Shown one piece after another: positions 10,421 through 22,878 of a stretch of DNA of 64,000 bases. Numbering within the stretch: position 1 is the first letter of the stretch; each line of letters starts with the position of its first letter. The position numbers and the translations under genes were made by a program. The DNA is taken from assembly GCA_963736005.1 (NCBI GenBank), contig CAVTNB010000001.1, forward strand, positions 1,408,001 through 1,472,000, read 5' to 3'. Source of the DNA: an uncultured Pseudomonadota bacterium. GTDB taxonomy: Bacteria; Vulcanimicrobiota; Vulcanimicrobiia; Eremiobacterales; Eremiobacteraceae. Under the pieces are notes generated by a model, which saw only the letters and a program-made list of their open reading frames with translations, had not been told where the DNA came from and ran no database searches.

Positions 10421-11715
10421 ATTGGGTTGACGTGGAGGCGGGCGAGAACCACGGGGCGAGCTTGCGGGGCTAATTTGCCAATGCGCACGGCGGCCCGAAC
10501 CCGTTCGCCCAGTGCTTGCGCCTGGTTGCCAAAGACTCCCATAAGCACCTCTCCCTTTTTCACCGTCTCACCCTCCCGCTTATACAATCTGATGCCCGCG
10601 CGACGATGACTCTTCTCCGCGCTCTGAGCGGCAACGACAGCCTCGCCGATCGCACGGCCATCGACCGAAGTAACGAGGCCGCTCTCGGGGGCCTCGATCG
10701 CGATCTCCGGATCCACCGGGCGCTCGAATGCCAGCAGATTGCCGCCTTGCGCCTGCACCATGGCGGCGAAGCGCTCGTAGGCTGTGCCATCGCGGAGCGC
10801 ATGCCGCAAGACTGCAACGTAACGTGGTTCGAGCTGTGGTTGCTCGGCGTGCCGGATCGCAAGCATCGCCTCCGCAACGGCGAGCGCTGCATCGCACAAG
10901 CGTCCTTCGTCGTGGCCTTGGAGCACTCGCAACGCTTCGTCCAACTCTAATGCGTCGCCCACGGACGACGCAAGCGGCGAATCCATGTCGGTCACGAGCA
11001 CCGTGATCGTCCGACCCAGCCTGGCGCCAACGTGCAAGATCGTGTCAGCAAGCTCGCGCGCGGCCTCCACCGTCTGCATGAAAGCGCAACGGCCCGCTTT
11101 GACGTCGATGACAAGATACGGAGCGCCGCCCGCAATCTTCTTGCTCAAGATACTCGCTGCTATCAACGGAACGCTCGCAACCGTCTGCGTGCGGTGCCGC
11201 AGCGCGTACATCTTCTTGTCCGCGGGTGCAAGGCTTTCGCTTGCGGAGACGATCGCGCAACCGACCTCCGCAACCTGCGCTTTGAAAGCCTCGATGGAAA
11301 GTGAGGTCGTCAATCCTGGAATGCACTCGAGTTTGTCGAGCGTGCCTCCTGTATGCCCAAGCCCTCGCCCCGAAAGTTTTGCGACCTTCACGCCGCACGC
11401 GGCGGCAAGCGGCACGGCGATCAGGCTCACTGCATCACCGACCCCGCCGGTGGAGTGCTTGTCGACGATCGTTCCGATCGCGCCGGCCCAGCTGATGGTG
11501 GTTCCCGAATGCGCCATGGCGTCGGTCAGCCATGCCGTTTCCTCAATCGTCATGCCGGCCGCCATGACTGCGCGCAGCCAAAGGGTGAAGGTTTCGTCAT
11601 CGACGTGGCCGCCAGAATAACCGGTAACGAGCGCGTCGATCTCATCGCGTGAATGTTGCGCACCCGCCCGCTTGCGTTTGGCAAGCCCGCGAACGTCGAT
11701 AGCGTGTTTGGTCAA
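10417..11715 (-). CDS. pdp: Pyrimidine-nucleoside/thymidine phosphorylase
   Basis: DKHSTGGVGD, SGRGLGHTGGTLDKLE, APADKKMYALR, ASILSKKIAGG. Confidence 0.92.
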   Translation of the reverse strand: MTKHAIDVRGLAKRKRAGAQHSRDEIDALVTGYSGGHVDDETFTLWLRAVMAAGMTIEETAWLTDAMAHSGTTISWAGAIGTIVDKHSTGGVGDAVSLIAVPLAAACGVKVAKLSGRGLGHTGGTLDKLECIPGLTTSLSIEAFKAQVAEVGCAIVSASESLAPADKKMYALRHRTQTVASVPLIAASILSKKIAGGAPYLVIDVKAGRCAFMQTVEAARELADTILHVGARLGRTITVLVTDMDSPLASSVGDALELDEALRVLQGHDEGRLCDAALAVAEAMLAIRHAEQPQLEPRYVAVLRHALRDGTAYERFAAMVQAQGGNLLAFERPVDPEIAIEAPESGLVTSVDGRAIGEAVVAAQSAEKSHRRAGIRLYKREGETVKKGEVLMGVFGNQAQALGERVRAAVRIGKLAPQARPVVLARLHVNPM

Positions 11716-12543
11716 TCGGGGTTGCTCTCGATGACGCCTTCGACGATCGTCCGCACCGAAGCGAGCGACTGCTCGACCGTGTGCAGCACCTCTTCGTGGC
11801 TGACGTCGGGCGCCTGATGGCGGCGTCGAGGAAACGCATCGTTGGCAATAACGGATAGCCCCAAGACGCGCAGTCCCATCTGTCGAGCAGCCATGACTTC
11901 AGGCACGGTCGACATACCGACGGCATCCGCCCCCAGCGTGTAGAGCATGCGCAGTTCCGCTTCGGTTTCGTAGGATGGCCCGCTCAGCGCCGCATACACG
12001 CCTTGCTGCAGTTTTATGCCGTCGCGGCGAGCAGCCCAAGGGCAAGTTCGAAAGCTCGAGATCGTACGCATCGCGCATCGCGACGAACCGTTGCGCCCCA
12101 ACAGGCAGTTCAAGACTGCGCAGCGGGTTATCCCCCATGAGGTTGAGATGGTCGCGGATGAGCATGAGATCGCCAGCGGCGAAGTCCTGATTAAGACCGC
12201 CTGCCGCATTGGTCACGATAAAAATTGATGCACCAAGTGCGTGTGCAACGTAGGCTGGAAACGCAGCATCGCGCATCGTGAGCCCCTCGTAGTAATGCGC
12301 GCGGCCACGGAAGACTACCACGGCCACGCCGCCTTGCGAATGCCCAAAGACCAGCTGGCCGTGATGGCCGGCAACCGAGCTATGCGGAAAATTGGGAATG
12401 TCCGCATAGTCGAGCGTTTTTTCGACCTTGAGCCAATCGACAGCCTCGCCAAAGCCAGAGCCCAGAACGATAGCAAATTTCGGACGCAGTTTCGTCTGCT
12501 TGGCGAGGAAATTTTTGGTCAGGGCAAGCCCGAGGCTAGACAC
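11712..12543 (-). CDS. punA: Purine-nucleoside phosphorylase I (frameshift near 12030)
   Basis: IVLGSG, GRAHYYEG, TNAAGGLN, DHLN; second frame GPSYETEAE, DAVGMSTVPE, SHEEVL. Confidence 0.9.
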
Positions 12544-12552
12544 GAGTGCCTT

Positions 12553-14106
12553 CTATGCGGAGGTCGCGCTTGGGTGTGCGCGCGAGGTGATGACCGCCCA
12601 CAATTCGGAGAGTTCTCGAATGCGCAGGGCAGCGCCGACCAGGAGAAACGTCACCGCACCGGCGAGGATCGCAAGCGCGAGGACAGCACAGTGCTGCCAA
12701 AACGGCGCCGACACATGCCAGAGCGCAGTTGCGACGGATGACGAAATCACTGCCATCGCTGCCGACGCAACCGCCGTCGAAGCAAACGAAGTTCCGGCAA
12801 ACTCCCCGTCCGCAACGCCGATTCGCTGAATCAAAAGATACCCGAGCAGGGCTGCCTCGACAAGCGACGCCAAGGAGTTCGACGCCGCCAAGCCATTGAT
12901 GCCAAACTGCCGCACCGTCAGGGCCGAGCACACAACGTTGAGCGCGACGACGCCGCTCGCGACGATGACGGGCGTCTTCGAATCGTGCATGGCAAAGAAA
13001 CATCGCGTCAGGACGATACTGGCGGCAATGCCCAAGAGCCCAATGGCATAGAACTGCATGGCTCCCGCCGTGCGGACGACGTCACCCGACGTAAATTCGC
13101 CACGCTCGAACAGGACGCTGATAATTGGTCGCGCCAGCGCGATGAGCGCGAATGCAGAGGGGATCGTAATGAGCGCGGTGATGCGCAGACCGGAGAACGC
13201 CGTGGACCGCAGCGACTCCCGCTCGCTCTTGGCAAAATGCGCCGAGAGTATGGGAAACATGACGGTTGCAATCGCGACAGCGAAGAGTTGCTGGGGAAAG
13301 CCGACCACTTTAGTTGCGTATTGCATGGCCGCGATATTTCCAGGCAAAAGCGTCGAGGCAAAATACTTGTCGAACAACAAGTTAATTTGACCCGCCGCCG
13401 AGCCCACGATGATCGGCCCGACGATGAAAGCCAAGGTGCGCAAGCCTGGATGGTGCAGGTCCAGGACAAACCGATACTTGCAGCGCTTGAAGTAATTTGG
13501 CAACTGGACGGCGAGCTGCGCAAAGAGGCCAACCGCGGTGCCGAACACCAAGGCGTATATGCCGTAAGCCTGGTAGAGCAGCAGCACTCCCGCGATCGTG
13601 ACAAGGTTCAGCGCAGCGCCTTGCAACGAAGCGGCGCGAAAGCTGCGCTGCGCGTTGAGCAGCGCTTGGACCACGCCAGCAATCGATGTCGCTACGATCG
13701 TTGGCATGAGGATGCGGGTCATGCGCACCGTTACGCCGGTTTCCGGCCCCGGGAAGCCCTTCGCGACGAGGTGGACGAGCCACGGCGCGGCGAGCCACGC
13801 GATCGCGGCGAGCACGGAGAGCACAATGATTAGGCCATTGATGACCGTGCTAGAAAAGCGCCACGCCTCTTCGTCTTTGCCTTCCGCGAAGTAGCCGCTG
13901 AAGATCGGCACGAGCGCGCTGACCAGTGCACCGTTAAACACGCCGAATACGAGGGTGGGCAAGATCGCGGCGACCAAAAACGCGTCGAGCTCCCAGCGCT
14001 CGCCGAAATATTTGGCGTTGACGACTTCCCGCGCAAACCCGAGCACCATGCTCAGGAGCATGGCGAGCATGACCGCAAACGTGGACGAAGTTACACTGCG
14101 CTTCAT
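12553..14106 (-). CDS. murJ: Lipid II flippase MurJ (MviN)
   Basis: LGFARE..AKYFG, DAFLVA, ALVPIF, LFERGEF, FFAMHDSKTP; ~14 hydrophobic segments. Confidence 0.88.
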   Translation of the reverse strand: MKRSVTSSTFAVMLAMLLSMVLGFAREVVNAKYFGERWELDAFLVAAILPTLVFGVFNGALVSALVPIFSGYFAEGKDEEAWRFSSTVINGLIIVLSVLAAIAWLAAPWLVHLVAKGFPGPETGVTVRMTRILMPTIVATSIAGVVQALLNAQRSFRAASLQGAALNLVTIAGVLLLYQAYGIYALVFGTAVGLFAQLAVQLPNYFKRCKYRFVLDLHHPGLRTLAFIVGPIIVGSAAGQINLLFDKYFASTLLPGNIAAMQYATKVVGFPQQLFAVAIATVMFPILSAHFAKSERESLRSTAFSGLRITALITIPSAFALIALARPIISVLFERGEFTSGDVVRTAGAMQFYAIGLLGIAASIVLTRCFFAMHDSKTPVIVASGVVALNVVCSALTVRQFGINGLAASNSLASLVEAALLGYLLIQRIGVADGEFAGTSFASTAVASAAMAVISSSVATALWHVSAPFWQHCAVLALAILAGAVTFLLVGAALRIRELSELWAVITSRAHPSATSA

Positions 14107-14172
14107 TGTATGCAATGCCTTACGACCCGCCAGAAACAGGTCCCTGGCCCGCCCAAAGTTCAGTGCGTCGAT

Positions 14173-15062
14173 TCACTGGTGACGTGGTTTTATCGCGAGC
14201 GGAAAAGGTCCGCACGTGGGGGCTAGACGTCGAACCATACGCGCGAGATTTGGGAGAGTTTCGGTGGGGCCGCACCACGAGAGGCCGCTTTGAGGCTCCT
14301 GGCTACGAACCAAGTTCGGTTGAGAGGCTCAAAAACCGGCACCAGGTTGGCCTTCAGAAACAACTTCGTGAGCGTCACCGGCGTGAAGTACTGCAGATGT
14401 CCCTCAGGCATCACGTAGGGCGTACCTGGGATTTTGCTCACCAGTGACCAGTTTCCAGTCGTCAGGAAGATGATGCCACCGGGTTTGACATAGCTAGCTA
14501 TTGAGCACAGAAACTCTGTGGGTGATGGCACGTGCTCGATCACTTCTGTGGCGGTGATGATGTCAAAGCTTTCTTTCAATCGAGCACCCTCTGACTCCAA
14601 ATCGACCAGCGGAATGCCGCGCTTCTCACATAGTACCTTCGCCGCAGTGGCAGTCTCGGAGCCGGACGCGATAGCACCCTCGTTTCTCAGACGCTGTACG
14701 AGCTCGCCGTTTCCGCAACCTACGTCCAGGCAGTATTTCCCGTTCACACCTCCAGGCAAGGTTAATAGAGTATCAACAACCCCATCCAAAAGCGTGGTTG
14801 ATGCGCCTTCAGCATAATTGGTGGTTCTGTCAAAGCCCTGACCTATGTAGTACTGATCGTCGTAGAGTTTTGCGATATCTTCGTCACGAATGCGTGGGTT
14901 AACGTACACGAGTCCACAGTCTTCGCAGCGAACGATAGAGAAAACGTTCTGAATCAGAACACCGCGCTTTCTGAGGACGAGCCTATTGGAGGCCGATCCG
15001 CAGAGGTCACAGCGGACGTGGGTGAGAGAATCCAACGGTGCCGTAGCGGACAAAATCGCCAC
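14173..15062 (-). CDS. Class I SAM-dependent methyltransferase with N-terminal Cys pairs (3' end frameshifted, approximate)
   Basis: CDLC/CEDC..LVYVNPR, LDVGCGNG, FDIIT..EVIEHV, KPGG. Confidence 0.85.
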
Positions 15063-15073
15063 TCTTCTTAGTC

Positions 15074-15250
15074 CTACCGCTTCCGTGGACGCCGCGCGTT
15101 TGTCACTGGCAAAGGAATGAGCGCCGCCAGCAGTAGCAGCGTAAATGCAATTGAGCCGAACACCTCGGCCGCTGGTTCATAGTTGAGGCCGTGTGCAGCG
15201 ACTGCCGCACCCATTGCGATCAGTGCTGCGGCTGGGAGAATGTTTCTCAC
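15074..15250 (-). CDS. Small two-helix membrane protein (58 aa)
   Basis: Own translation MRNILPAAALIAMGAAVAAHGLNYEPAAEVFGSIAFTLLLLAALIPLPVTNARRPRKR; GTG overlaps the upstream TGA (GTGA coupling). Confidence 0.55.
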   Translation of the reverse strand: MRNILPAAALIAMGAAVAAHGLNYEPAAEVFGSIAFTLLLLAALIPLPVTNARRPRKR

Positions 15251-18135
15251 GCTGATCTACGACTCCAAGCATATAGCGCAATCGCGGCTCCTAGGATGAG
15301 AAGCACGTACTGGCAAGCCACAAGCCAATTAATGATGTAAACTCTTCCCGGACCATCGCATCGCCATGCATTGCGCCAACCAGATGCGCGCGCATGTGGC
15401 AACACTAAATGGAAATGTCCGATTTCCACCGCCATCCACGTGGGATTAAACGCTTCAGACACAACGACGTTCGTTGGGCCTGTGGTTTGCAGGTTCACAA
15501 CCGCCCCAAGCCCCAGAGGCAACGGAGCATGTGCAAGGGCGACGTTGTGGTCGAACTTATTTTGGATTATGTCCTTCGACGGAGAATCGGATTCGATTTG
15601 CACGCTTGCTATGGGTTCGCCGCCGTAGCGCGCCGCAAAGTTTAACCTCAATATTGTCATCTTCCGCGCATCCAGTTCCGTGAGTTCTCTGCCAATGTTT
15701 CCCATGCAGCTTCTTATTAAATCGTTCAGAGAATACTCAGTTTCATCCCCAAGAATCGTGAAACATCGATAGACATCGCGTCGTAGTTCAACGTCAATGA
15801 CCCAGCCTGTCGATTGCCCCTCGCCGCTAAGGGGGCTTACCATCATGTTCGGGTTTGTCATGGGTGATACATTGAGATCAAACCCGCGCAGCCTCGACAG
15901 ATCGCTCTTTGTGTTTGCCGGCTGCAGGCTCTTTATGACGGAGAAGAGCACTTCGTGCACCCTCGGTCGGGCGCGCTGATCTTGAAAGTAGCGGGGCGGA
16001 AGAAATTGTTGCAAGTTTCTTACAAATGACGACGGTTCGGAAAGAACAAAATGGGAGAGTCCGGAGCGCAAGGTGAGGCCCTCAAAACGCACCCACCGGC
16101 TTGCGGGTGATGGTGCAAGAAGCACAAACCGATGTTGACCGTCGTCCGTGCTCAATGCGTAGCGCGTAGGAAATCGTGGCCAAACCGCCACGAAGATGTC
16201 CAAGGTCAGGGAACCCGGTGCGGGGTTCACGACGTCATACGTGACGCTTGTGCTCGTCGTCGCAGTACGACCCACGATCGCAGGAATTGAAAGACCGCCG
16301 AACGCACCCAGGTATCGCATGGATCGGTACGAGATGACGCGCACCCGCTTTGCTTGTTTGTTTGGAACCGTGCTCCATGACTGGCTTAACCCACTTACGG
16401 TTTGCACGTATGGCTCGGGTGGACCAAGATCGTAAAGCTCGAGTGCGCCGAACACGCGAGGAGGTACACCAAAAAGACCCGCAGATTCCCTGGAACTGTT
16501 CGAAAGCCGTGTAAGAGGCTAACGTCATTACGAACGACTACGTAACGGACACCGATTTCATGCAAAATTCCACAATTGGTGTCGAGCGACTATTGATCGC
16601 CTTGATGAGCATCAAGTTTATATCGCGAGCTTCCGGCGTTTGAGTGTACGTAACGGAGCTCCGGGCATAAGAACCTCACGGTGAAACAACGCTACTGGAA
16701 CAAGTCGACGCCGTGGTAACCCCAATCGTAGTCGACTTGATAGAAATCGTCGGCCGGCAGAATGAGGACACCTCCGCTGCTGTCGTCGTTGTTGAGTTGA
16801 CCTTGGAGCGAGACCCAATCCCCGGGAAGGCGAACGTGAACGTTTGGCAAGAAGTTCATCTGCTCGTGAAAGATTGCGCCCGTCACAGTGGCCAGGTTGC
16901 TTAGAAACGCCGAGGAGACAGCCACGATGACAAAGACGCTCCCAGCAATCCGTTCTGTCAGTGTTTGGCCACGCCCGAAAGCGGCTTGAATCCCCATCCC
17001 TAGGGCGATTGCCATACAGAGCGCAGCTATCAGGATGGGTCCATACGGCTCGATAAACAAAAACATGCCTGGCAGATGATAAAACGCGAGGTTCAAGGCC
17101 GCCAGCGGCGGGTGCAAGCCTTTCGCCAGGAACAACATCACAAGCGCAAGGGCGGTCGCAAATCCAGTAACGACCCTGGAAAAACCTCGTGTTAAGAGCA
17201 ACGCAACGCCTAGACCTGCGGCGGGAACAAATCCCGTCGCATATAGCAACCAGTTCTTGTCGAATTCCACCGCCCATGGGTTGTATTGGGATATCGCCAG
17301 AACCATGTCGCGCAAAAGCGTAGTTCGTTCAAGAGGCTAGCGCGCGCGAATGTCCACGCAAGCGATAAGGGATCGGTTTGGTGAGTTATGAGTACACCCA
17401 TGTACGAAACAATATTAGGCACCACCCACCACAGACTCGCAACGGTAATCAGCGCTGCCGTGCCGCCGACCCACCTCCAAAATGCTGGCCCGTCGAGTGC
17501 GAACGTGGACGCAAAACCGGTCCATACGAGAGCTCCTAAAAGCAAAGCGACAAGCAGTGAGGCGTGATCGCCAAAATGACGAGGATGCCAAAGCTCAAGG
17601 TCGTTAACCCGCCGCAATGTAGCGCCGGCTCGCCGCTGAAAGAGCCGCCTGCATTATCCAAAAGAAGACCGATGGAAGTATGGCCGCGCACACATCGCCG
17701 GTCGAAAACATCCCTATCATTGACTGGCGCGCAGGATTGAATGCATAGACCCAAGCGGCAGCAAACGCCGCAGGTGGTGGCGCCCCCAAGACCTCGACAC
17801 ATTTGTAAGCGCCGAGCCACGACGCCAGCACGGGCAGCGTGAACATCAGGGCTTGCCCGTAACTTGGACCGAAGAGGCGCTCGAGGAATGCGAGCAGCGC
17901 ATAATACGGCGTCCAGGAGAAACAGTTGTCAACGGAGCCGATAAATGAGTGAACGTGATTCCAAACCGTTACGCATTTTCGCAGCATGGTGGCAGCATCG
18001 TACGGGGGCGCAAGGTCGATTTGGGCTATCGTCGTCGGCGGCTGTGCCCAATGCAAACCAATGAGCAGCAAGATCGCCATCGACGGCAGAACGTCAACTC
18101 CACACTGCTTGTGAGTTGCGCGGACGCAAGGACAT
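15247..18135 (-). CDS. Large polytopic GT-C-like membrane protein 1 (AftD/YfhO-like), several frameshifts
   Basis: Joined ORFs 17604-18080, 17210-17617, 16692-17315, 15247-16455; AAWVYAFNP, VLILP..YDWGY, C-terminal SEAFNPTW..H....GWRNAW plus last TM; start approximate. Confidence 0.6.
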
Positions 18136-18250
18136 GTTTGTCACTGCTCGTTTTAATTGGGTTCCGGGCAGGCCCCTCTCCTTTTGGCACGTAAGCCCTC
18201 GCGACAATGAACGTGCCTGCGGAAATCGCCGAGCGTTTTATGCGCATCGG

Positions 18251-18944
18251 GTGACCGACGTACCAAAGCTCGATGATCGCATGCGTCGCCTGGTCGCTGC
18301 GTGTCTCAAGATTGCGCCCCGACGCGTTCTTGACGTCGGCTGCGGGCGTGGCTTCCTTCTAGGGCAGTTAAAGGAACAATTGCCCGGACTTGAATGTTAT
18401 GGCATAGAGTTAACCCCGTCATCGGCAGCGATCGCTGCAGCCGCTGGCATAACCGTTTTTGAACGTGACATCGCAGTTGGAATTCCGCTTCCCGATAAAA
18501 ATTTAGATCTAGTGATCATGGGCGAAATCATTGAACACGTTTTCGACCCGGACGCATGCCTCGATGAGGTACGCCGTGTGCTGCGACCTGGGGGTTGGTT
18601 AATCGTGACGACTCCCAATCTTGCGAGTTGGCTGAACAGGCTCTTGCTACTCGTCGGTATTCAGCCTGTGTTCACAGAAACAAGCACGCGAAAGAAGTAC
18701 GGCCACGCGTTTTCGGCTCTCGGCCAAGGGAAGACTGATACGCAGGGTCACTTGAGGCTCTACACGCTAGGCGCATTGAAGGAGTTGCTCCGACGATCGA
18801 GGCTTTGCGGTGAGGCGCGCAAGTGGTTATAAGTTTTATCTGCTGGCAGAGCATCCCTTAGCGAACATCGTCGAGAGCGCGTTCCGCCTTCGTCCGACTC
18901 TCGCAAGCGCGTTTATCGTCGTGGCTCAAAAGAATACGGATTAG
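18251..18944 (+). CDS. Class I SAM-dependent methyltransferase (frameshift near 18790)
   Basis: VLDVGCGRG, GEIIEHVFDP, RVLRPGG, TTPN, GHLRLYT. Confidence 0.85.
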
Positions 18945-21225
18945 GTTCGTTTCCGGCGAAGTGCCACGATTCCGAGACCGACGACCCACAACGCTCCAAA
19001 TAGTTCCAATACCGCCTCAGCCGCCGCGGCCTGATCGAGGAGCCAAATCGTCGTGGATGTCGTTCTTTGCGGCAATAACCATCCATTAACGGTCGCATCG
19101 ATTCTCATATGCGGCAAGACGCGTCCATCCATGAGCGCAATCCAATTGCGGTCGTACGCCTCGTTCAGGCGCACGGCGCCAGGTCGACCTGCGGTAACGC
19201 TGACTTCGATGAGCCATGGAAGCCGATCGAGGAATGACACTGCAGTCCCGTTTGCGGCGCGCGGCGTCGAGGGGACACCTGCCGGCGGAAAGCCCTGGGT
19301 TGCGACGGCGCACAAACCGATACAGCGCAAGGCAGTGACTCCAGCAGGGATCACGACCCAATGGTAGCTGCCCGTTGTGTTACTCACCAAACGTCCGTCT
19401 TGACCAACAAGTGCACCACGGACCCACACAAGCGCCTGCGCCCGCGCGTCAATATTCAACATATCTGAGGGTGAGGTCGTGACCGCGCCGCCAAAGGCTT
19501 GCGCGACTTGCGGTATACTCGCGAACGAAAGCCGTGCGTCCACCCAGCCATCTTGCGCGCGGACGAATCTGTTCGATGGCGTAACAGGAATCAAGGTGCG
19601 GTACTCTCCACGCCGCCGGTACTCCGACGCCTCGCACCTGGACGGCGTCCGCGAAGAACACTGCTCCTGCGCCAAGCACGTCGTCCACGCTTCCCAGACG
19701 CGGGATTGGTAACAATGTGACCAACGGTTGCGCATTAAGTCGAGCACCTTGCAGCGGCATCGAGGCGGTGTATGCCGTGCTCACAGCGCGTTGATATTTC
19801 AGCGCTGCACTGTCGCTGGCCAGCCAGGGCCGAGCAAAGATTCGACCGCACCAAGCGCCGCGAGCGATCTGCTATCACCGGTAAGTGCAAAACGCGCAAG
19901 TGAAGCATCAACAGGATAAGTGGGCAGCTCGTATTCAAGGGCGCACTGCCAAGCCGCACGTAAGCATCGGGATCTAGGCCCGAGCCTTGCCCCCGAAAAA
20001 CCAAGGGCTGGAACGCTGGAACAAGCGCGTAACGAGTGGCCTGTGGAAGGGTCACGCGAAGTTCGGGAATCAAGCGAGCGGGAACCCACCATTGCCATGG
20101 CGAGTGCACCAACCAAGTCGCAGCGAGCACGATTCCCGCGATCAGAACCACGCCGCCGAGAACCCAATTGCGGACCGTCGCAAGAGCAACTAAGACAATG
20201 TAACTGATACCAGTGAACCCCAGAACATCGTAGAGTTCTCGATAGAGCATCGTGGCAGGAAAGTGCGCGAAGGTCCACGCTTGTGAGCTTCCAAGGGGCC
20301 CGAGCAAACCCGTTGCAAACACGAGCGAAGTCAAACCAAGCACCGCGGCGAGCTTCGCCCAAGGTTCGCGCCACATCACGGCACAACCCAGAGTGGCAAT
20401 GATGACGATCGCCCACATCGGCCAGAAGACGACGCGTGCGACGCTTTGATCGTAGCCTGCGAAGTAGCCAGTGAGTATTGCTGCGGCGTACGGCGGCACC
20501 GACTGCGCTTTTTCCCAAGCGAGCGTCTGAGGCACGAAGCGGAATGCGGAGTATTCAGCGATCAACGATAGTCCAATGGGGGTGGCAATTGCGATCGCGG
20601 TGGCAAATGGGAGCCACTGCTTTCGCCGCATCGCTAGTGCAAGGTCAATCAGCAGCGCGGGAATAAAAAATTGCAGTTGCGACAAAGTCAGACAAGTCAA
20701 CAGGGCCGCGCTGGCCGGATGAAACTCACGACGCCGTGCCTCAGCTAAGAGGCATATGATCGCGCCGTAGGCGAGCACCATGTACATATGGCCGGCGACT
20801 ATCTCTGTGTACGTAAATGGGTTGAAGGTCGCCACCAATGCCAAGCCTGCGCGCGCAACTGGGCCGGCTCCGAGCGTGCCGGCGAGCCTACTCGCACCAA
20901 GAGCGCACGCGAGCGCGGAGCCGAAAGCGAATGCGAACAATGATAGAGAGGTTCCGATCACTTTTGAAATGAGGTAGAGAGCGGCACCGACAAGATAGTC
21001 GTTGAGGTAGAGATTCGGTGCTCCGATACCTCGCACGTCCCAACCGCTCGTCGAACGGAACATGAAATCGTTCAGCGACTGCGCATTGATTGGCCAGGCC
21101 CAGTCTTGACGAAGCGCGGGAACGCCGTGGCGAGTGACGATAATTGCGACGAGCAGTGCACAGACGTACGGAATGGCAGCGCAGGACGAATGGAGCAGGG
21201 AGATGGTTCGATCTGAGAATCGCAC
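18941..21225 (-). CDS. Large polytopic GT-C-like membrane protein 2, frameshifted
   Basis: Many TM segments, ATFNPFTY..VAGH; C-terminal LNEAYDRNW..PHMRIDATVNGW plus terminal TM, as in paralogs 1 and 3. Confidence 0.6.
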
Positions 21226-21226
21226 G

Positions 21227-22823
21227 TTATCCGCAACGCCCAGCCTTGACGCTTGGGATAGAGGACGGCACATATCGGTAAGGCCCACTACCTAGTGCAA
21301 GTTGCGGACGGGCAATGACAAGCGACGTGCCTAGAGGATAGGTGCCATTTTCTGCCTCGAACCTGATGTTAATACATGTAGTCGCGGATTGCGCGGGCAA
21401 TGCAAAGGTGAGTCCTAGGTAACCTCGCCCGGGTTGGTATGCCTGCGCACCCTTCCAGCTTCCGTTCACTGCGCTGATGAACACATAAGGCGGCGTGCCT
21501 TGATCCGATGAACCGTCGATATCCGCTGTGAGCGATATGTCTTTCCGGGTTGCACGCGAGCGCGCACGGAGGCGCGGTCGCCGTAACCCGCGGGCTGCCC
21601 ATCACCATTGAGAACAATGGCCGACGCGCCGTCCGGATATACTCCATTTGCCTGATGCATCCGCCCAGCATAGGTCCAATACGGCGCTCGTCGAGCCTCA
21701 CTGTCCGGTATGAGATTGCCTCCGGGCGGCGCACTCAAGCCATCGCTTCCAACCCGATACGCGTGGGGGAAACTCCCCTGTTCCAGTTGGGGCTCAGCGA
21801 ACACGGCACTGGTTCCAATCGGGTACCTTCCGTTTTCCGGGTTGAAGGTGCCACGCAGGAACGTCGTGTGCGAGGTGGCCGGAATCACGAAGGTAGTAAA
21901 AATGCGCCCGCGACGCGTTTGAAAAAAGCTCGTGCCGGCCCAGCGACCGTTGCCAGCTTCTAACGTGACGAAGGGAGGGCTGCCCGCGTAGTCTGCACCA
22001 TCAACGTATGCCGAGAATGTGCAGGTCAAGCCGGGAGTCACTTGAGCGAGGAAGATAGCCGCATTGTTAAAGCCCGAGGGCTTGCCCGTGCCCGCGTACA
22101 CGGACGCCACGTTGCCATGGGGTCCTGCGGCAGTGAGACTTCATGGCTCCAACGAGAGTGCCAATAGTTGCGCGGAGTTCGAAGCTTCGCTGTTGATGAT
22201 CTCGATTGCCGCCAACTGGTCCATCAGTCCCAGACCGGATCGTTACTGTGGACTGTATGGGTTGGGCTTAATCCCCGATTTCACCACTTGCGGCTGGCGA
22301 GAGCGCAGCGCCGCGTCCTATAGGATAGGTGGCGTTTTCCGGGCTGGAAGATCCCTGGATCAGCGTCGTACGTGAGAGAAGACGGGAAGCGTAAATGCCA
22401 AAGATATCCGTCCCTTGCGCGGTTTGAAAGATTTTTTGGTGCCCGCCCAGCTCCCATTGACGGCGGAAAGCAGCACATACGGCGGTCCCTTACTACGTTA
22501 CCCGGGTTATCGACATACAGCAGGAAATCTATACGTCGCACCTGGATGAACGCGTGCCAAGAAGGCGGCGTCAGGCGTGTAAATCCGGATGCGCACCCCC
22601 GGTTCCGGGATAATCCAGTAACGCACTCGCGTTAGAGGACCAAGGCCAGCGCGTATTGCAAAGAAACGAGAAACGTTCCAACACTCTTGCGCATTTTAGA
22701 AGGCTTGCGCTGTCGCGGAAACATTCGTTCATAACTGAGGCGTTTGAGATGGCGCTGTACGACCTGACGACGCTGGCAAGCCAATGCACAAATCACCGCC
22801 GTGCGTGAGAGCAGGGTTTTCAT
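21227..22823 (-). CDS. Secreted protein with three tandem ~150-aa beta-sandwich (CBM-like) repeats, frameshifted
   Basis: Signal-like start MKTLLSRTAVICALAC; repeats contain PP(Y/F)V....NG.W.G and end ENATYPIG / ENGRYPIG / ENGTYPLG ...PQ(L/V). Confidence 0.6.
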
Positions 22824-22878
22824 CGGCACTGGGCAATGCTTACTTTGAGTACAAGTTGCGACTGTCCTTCGCAAATTG

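Noticed and set aside
12985..13833. 282-aa plus-strand ORF
   Set aside because: Antisense shadow of murJ
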